The notes beneath the pieces were generated by a model. It was not told the origin of the DNA and made no database searches. It saw only the letters and a program-made list of their open reading frames with translations. From positions 28,398,001 through 28,462,000 of the forward strand of contig NC_086109.1 in NCBI RefSeq assembly GCF_963921235.1: DNA of 64,000 bases, written 5' to 3'. This document shows positions 61,651-64,000 of this stretch, piece after piece (the first letter of the stretch is position 1; each line of letters opens with the position of its first letter). The stretch comes from Mobula hypostoma (taxonomy: Eukaryota). Position numbers and translations under genes: made by a program.

Positions 61651-64000
61651 GTTTCTGAAGCACACCCTAGACAACTCATTGGCAGGCCTATCATGTATAT
61701 TTTGGGGTTGACATGAAATGAAGCAATATTCCCATCTTAACTATGTACCACCATATTCACTTGACATCTCCCACCTGGCTTCCTAACAGTCCACTCCCAC
61801 TACTTTATCAGCAGCTGATGACCTGAACACTGTCTGGGAACATCCATGCTACAGGTGACCGCTCATGGTGTTATCTACTTCTGGCACCTTCTATTATGGT
61901 GCAGCCAGACTGAGTAGGATGTGTTACTCAACAGGAATTTTTAAAAAAAGTGTGAATCAATAGAAATAAAGATCTAATACCTCATGAAGAAGTACATCAC
62001 TGCATCACTCTGCTGGCTTTGAGCTACCATGCCAAGAATAAGCGCTGTTGAGCAAATCCAAACAGACTGAGATTATGTGCAGCTAGCAATCACTGTTTTG
62101 GCCTCCGTATGAATCATTCTCGAGGCTGTGAAAAGATACTATACAGCTTTTGTTGCACATTGTTCAGGATTATCCTGTTGTCAAACTTGAGGTTATCTGA
62201 CAACACTGAACACAGCAAATGTGAAGGTTGTTGTTTGATTCCAGGTAAATGCCTTCACAAAATATACTATGCTATTTTCTACCACTTGAGATGAAAATTA
62301 CCACGCCTCTGACACAAACATATTCCCTCTTTGTACCTGTGGCAGAGGCAAAAACGTCTTTGTGAGGCAAAATCGTCTTTGTAAGACAGTCACAATACAG
62401 GTGGAACAAAATCACACCAGGCACATTCAGCAGGAAATATCTGCATGAGGTCTTGTCATAGTGAATCTGATTTCATGCCAGAAATTTTTTCCAGGTCTGT
62501 ACAAAGAGTACTGATTATGAGACACCACTGACTGAAGGTGTGTGCACCTGGCCTTTTTTTTCCCCATTATGCACTCAGGCAAGATGAAAAGTGGCACTGA
62601 GGTACATCTGCTCTTCTCAAAAGATCCATTGAAGTACTGTAAAACAAATATCTTTCATTGCAAAGGACATATTTTCCATTGTACATTTATAAGACAAAAT
62701 TCATAGCTCAAGATTGATTTTATTTATGTAAAATGGTATCTTTCACGGACTACATTACCAAAACAATCTCAACACAAAAATCTTCAAATAGACTGTTGCT
62801 TCTTAATTTGAGTGACCTAAAAGACAGTTGTTTTTGTTGATCCTTTAACTTGTATATCTTTGTACAAGTTTCCTGAATTCAGTTTGATCTCTGAAGACTC
62901 CTTTGTGCTTCTAAATATCATACATACAAAGAAAAAATGTTTGAACACCGGAAGGAAGTTTCTGACTCCAGTTCTCGATTCATGTTTTGGTACACTGACT
63001 TTTCAAACAACAAAATCCAAACAGATGTAATGGACAGTCACGTAGTTCAGATCAAAGTAACAAAACTCTTTATGGATCAATGGGGAACAATCTGATAAAT
63101 TGCAGCAAATTTATTTGCATAGTTAGTTTGTTGTCCTTGAGGAATGTTAGTGATACTGGGTGGGTACCCATTACAACTAAAGCTATTTTTGTTAATATTA
63201 TGGAATCCATGCAAAATGCAAGAACATTTTCGAAGCTCATCTGCAGGTGAGATCATTAAAATTTGCTCTCAACATACGTAATTACTGCTTAATTTAATCC
63301 CACCTACATCAGCAACTGTAGAAAAGTACATTCACAGTTCAGAAACAAATAATGCTCTAAAATACTTTCACATTCAAGGTTAAACGTTAAAGGTTTTTTT
63401 ATTATTCTGCAGTACGAGTGTAACGGAGAGCAATATGATTGCTACTCCCAATCCAACACAATAAACATAAAGAACCCAATTAAAAAGCATAATAAATATA
63501 AATATAAAAGCAATTCTATAAAACACGATGTACTGTATACGCAGACTGATTGTACACTAAGTGACGGTAGATGATGTATTGGTGGTGAGTGGGTTAATGG
63601 TTGGAGGTGTTGATCAGCTTGATGGCTTGGGTGAAGTAACTGTTTTAGAATCTAGTGGCTCTGGTGTGGATGTTGCATAGCCTCTTCCCTGATGGGAGTG
63701 AGCCAAACAGTCCATAAGCAGAAATATTCTGCTCATTGGGGTATGAAGCACACTCTGGAAATAGATGCAATTATAACGCCTTTTGAGAGTAAATGTTAGA
63801 TGATCTGAGTGAACAGCTGGCGCTTATTTCTTTAGTTAGAAGCTACTCTGGAACTTCAGTGCGCACACTGTTTGATGCGAAATCACAAACTTACTGATCA
63901 ATGTGGATTACCGAATCTGTCAACTTGTACTGAAAGCAGGATTCCATGCTGATACTTCCCTGCAGTTACGCTGGGAAAATCCACTCCTGGATCCTGTTCC

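Noticed and set aside
62347..62384. 19-bp tandem duplication (and a 28-bp one at ~58940-58997)
   Set aside because: Ordinary local slippage duplications

Overview
AT-rich, repeat-dense eukaryotic DNA, probably intronic or intergenic sequence from a cartilaginous fish (inferred from the repeat mix: CR1 LINEs with an esterase ORF1, V-SINEs, Rex1/Babar and RTE LINEs, and many Penelope-derived palindromes). I recognise no host protein-coding gene, only a few weak exon candidates. Nearly all long ORFs belong to retroelements or are their antisense shadows. Main content: (1) four near-identical copies of a young CR1 LINE, one (51233-55156) with an uninterrupted 1010-codon APE-RT ORF2 and a truncated, frameshifted SGNH-esterase ORF1; (2) a Penelope-like element (PLE) with a target-site duplication (TSD) and an inverted terminal repeat, interrupted by a solo LTR; (3) a family of short fold-back PLE derivatives with TSDs and minimal hammerhead-ribozyme cores; (4) an RTE insertion with a 10-bp TSD whose 5' leader appears inverted relative to its 3' end (twin-priming-like); (5) a hAT-like DNA element with a 6-bp TSD and three termini; (6) an unclassified ~0.8-kb non-coding repeat family. 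Nothing here demonstrates a wholly new biological system. The hammerhead palindromes and the 5'-inverted RTE are the best leads. Family names come from motif recognition by eye, not database searches.
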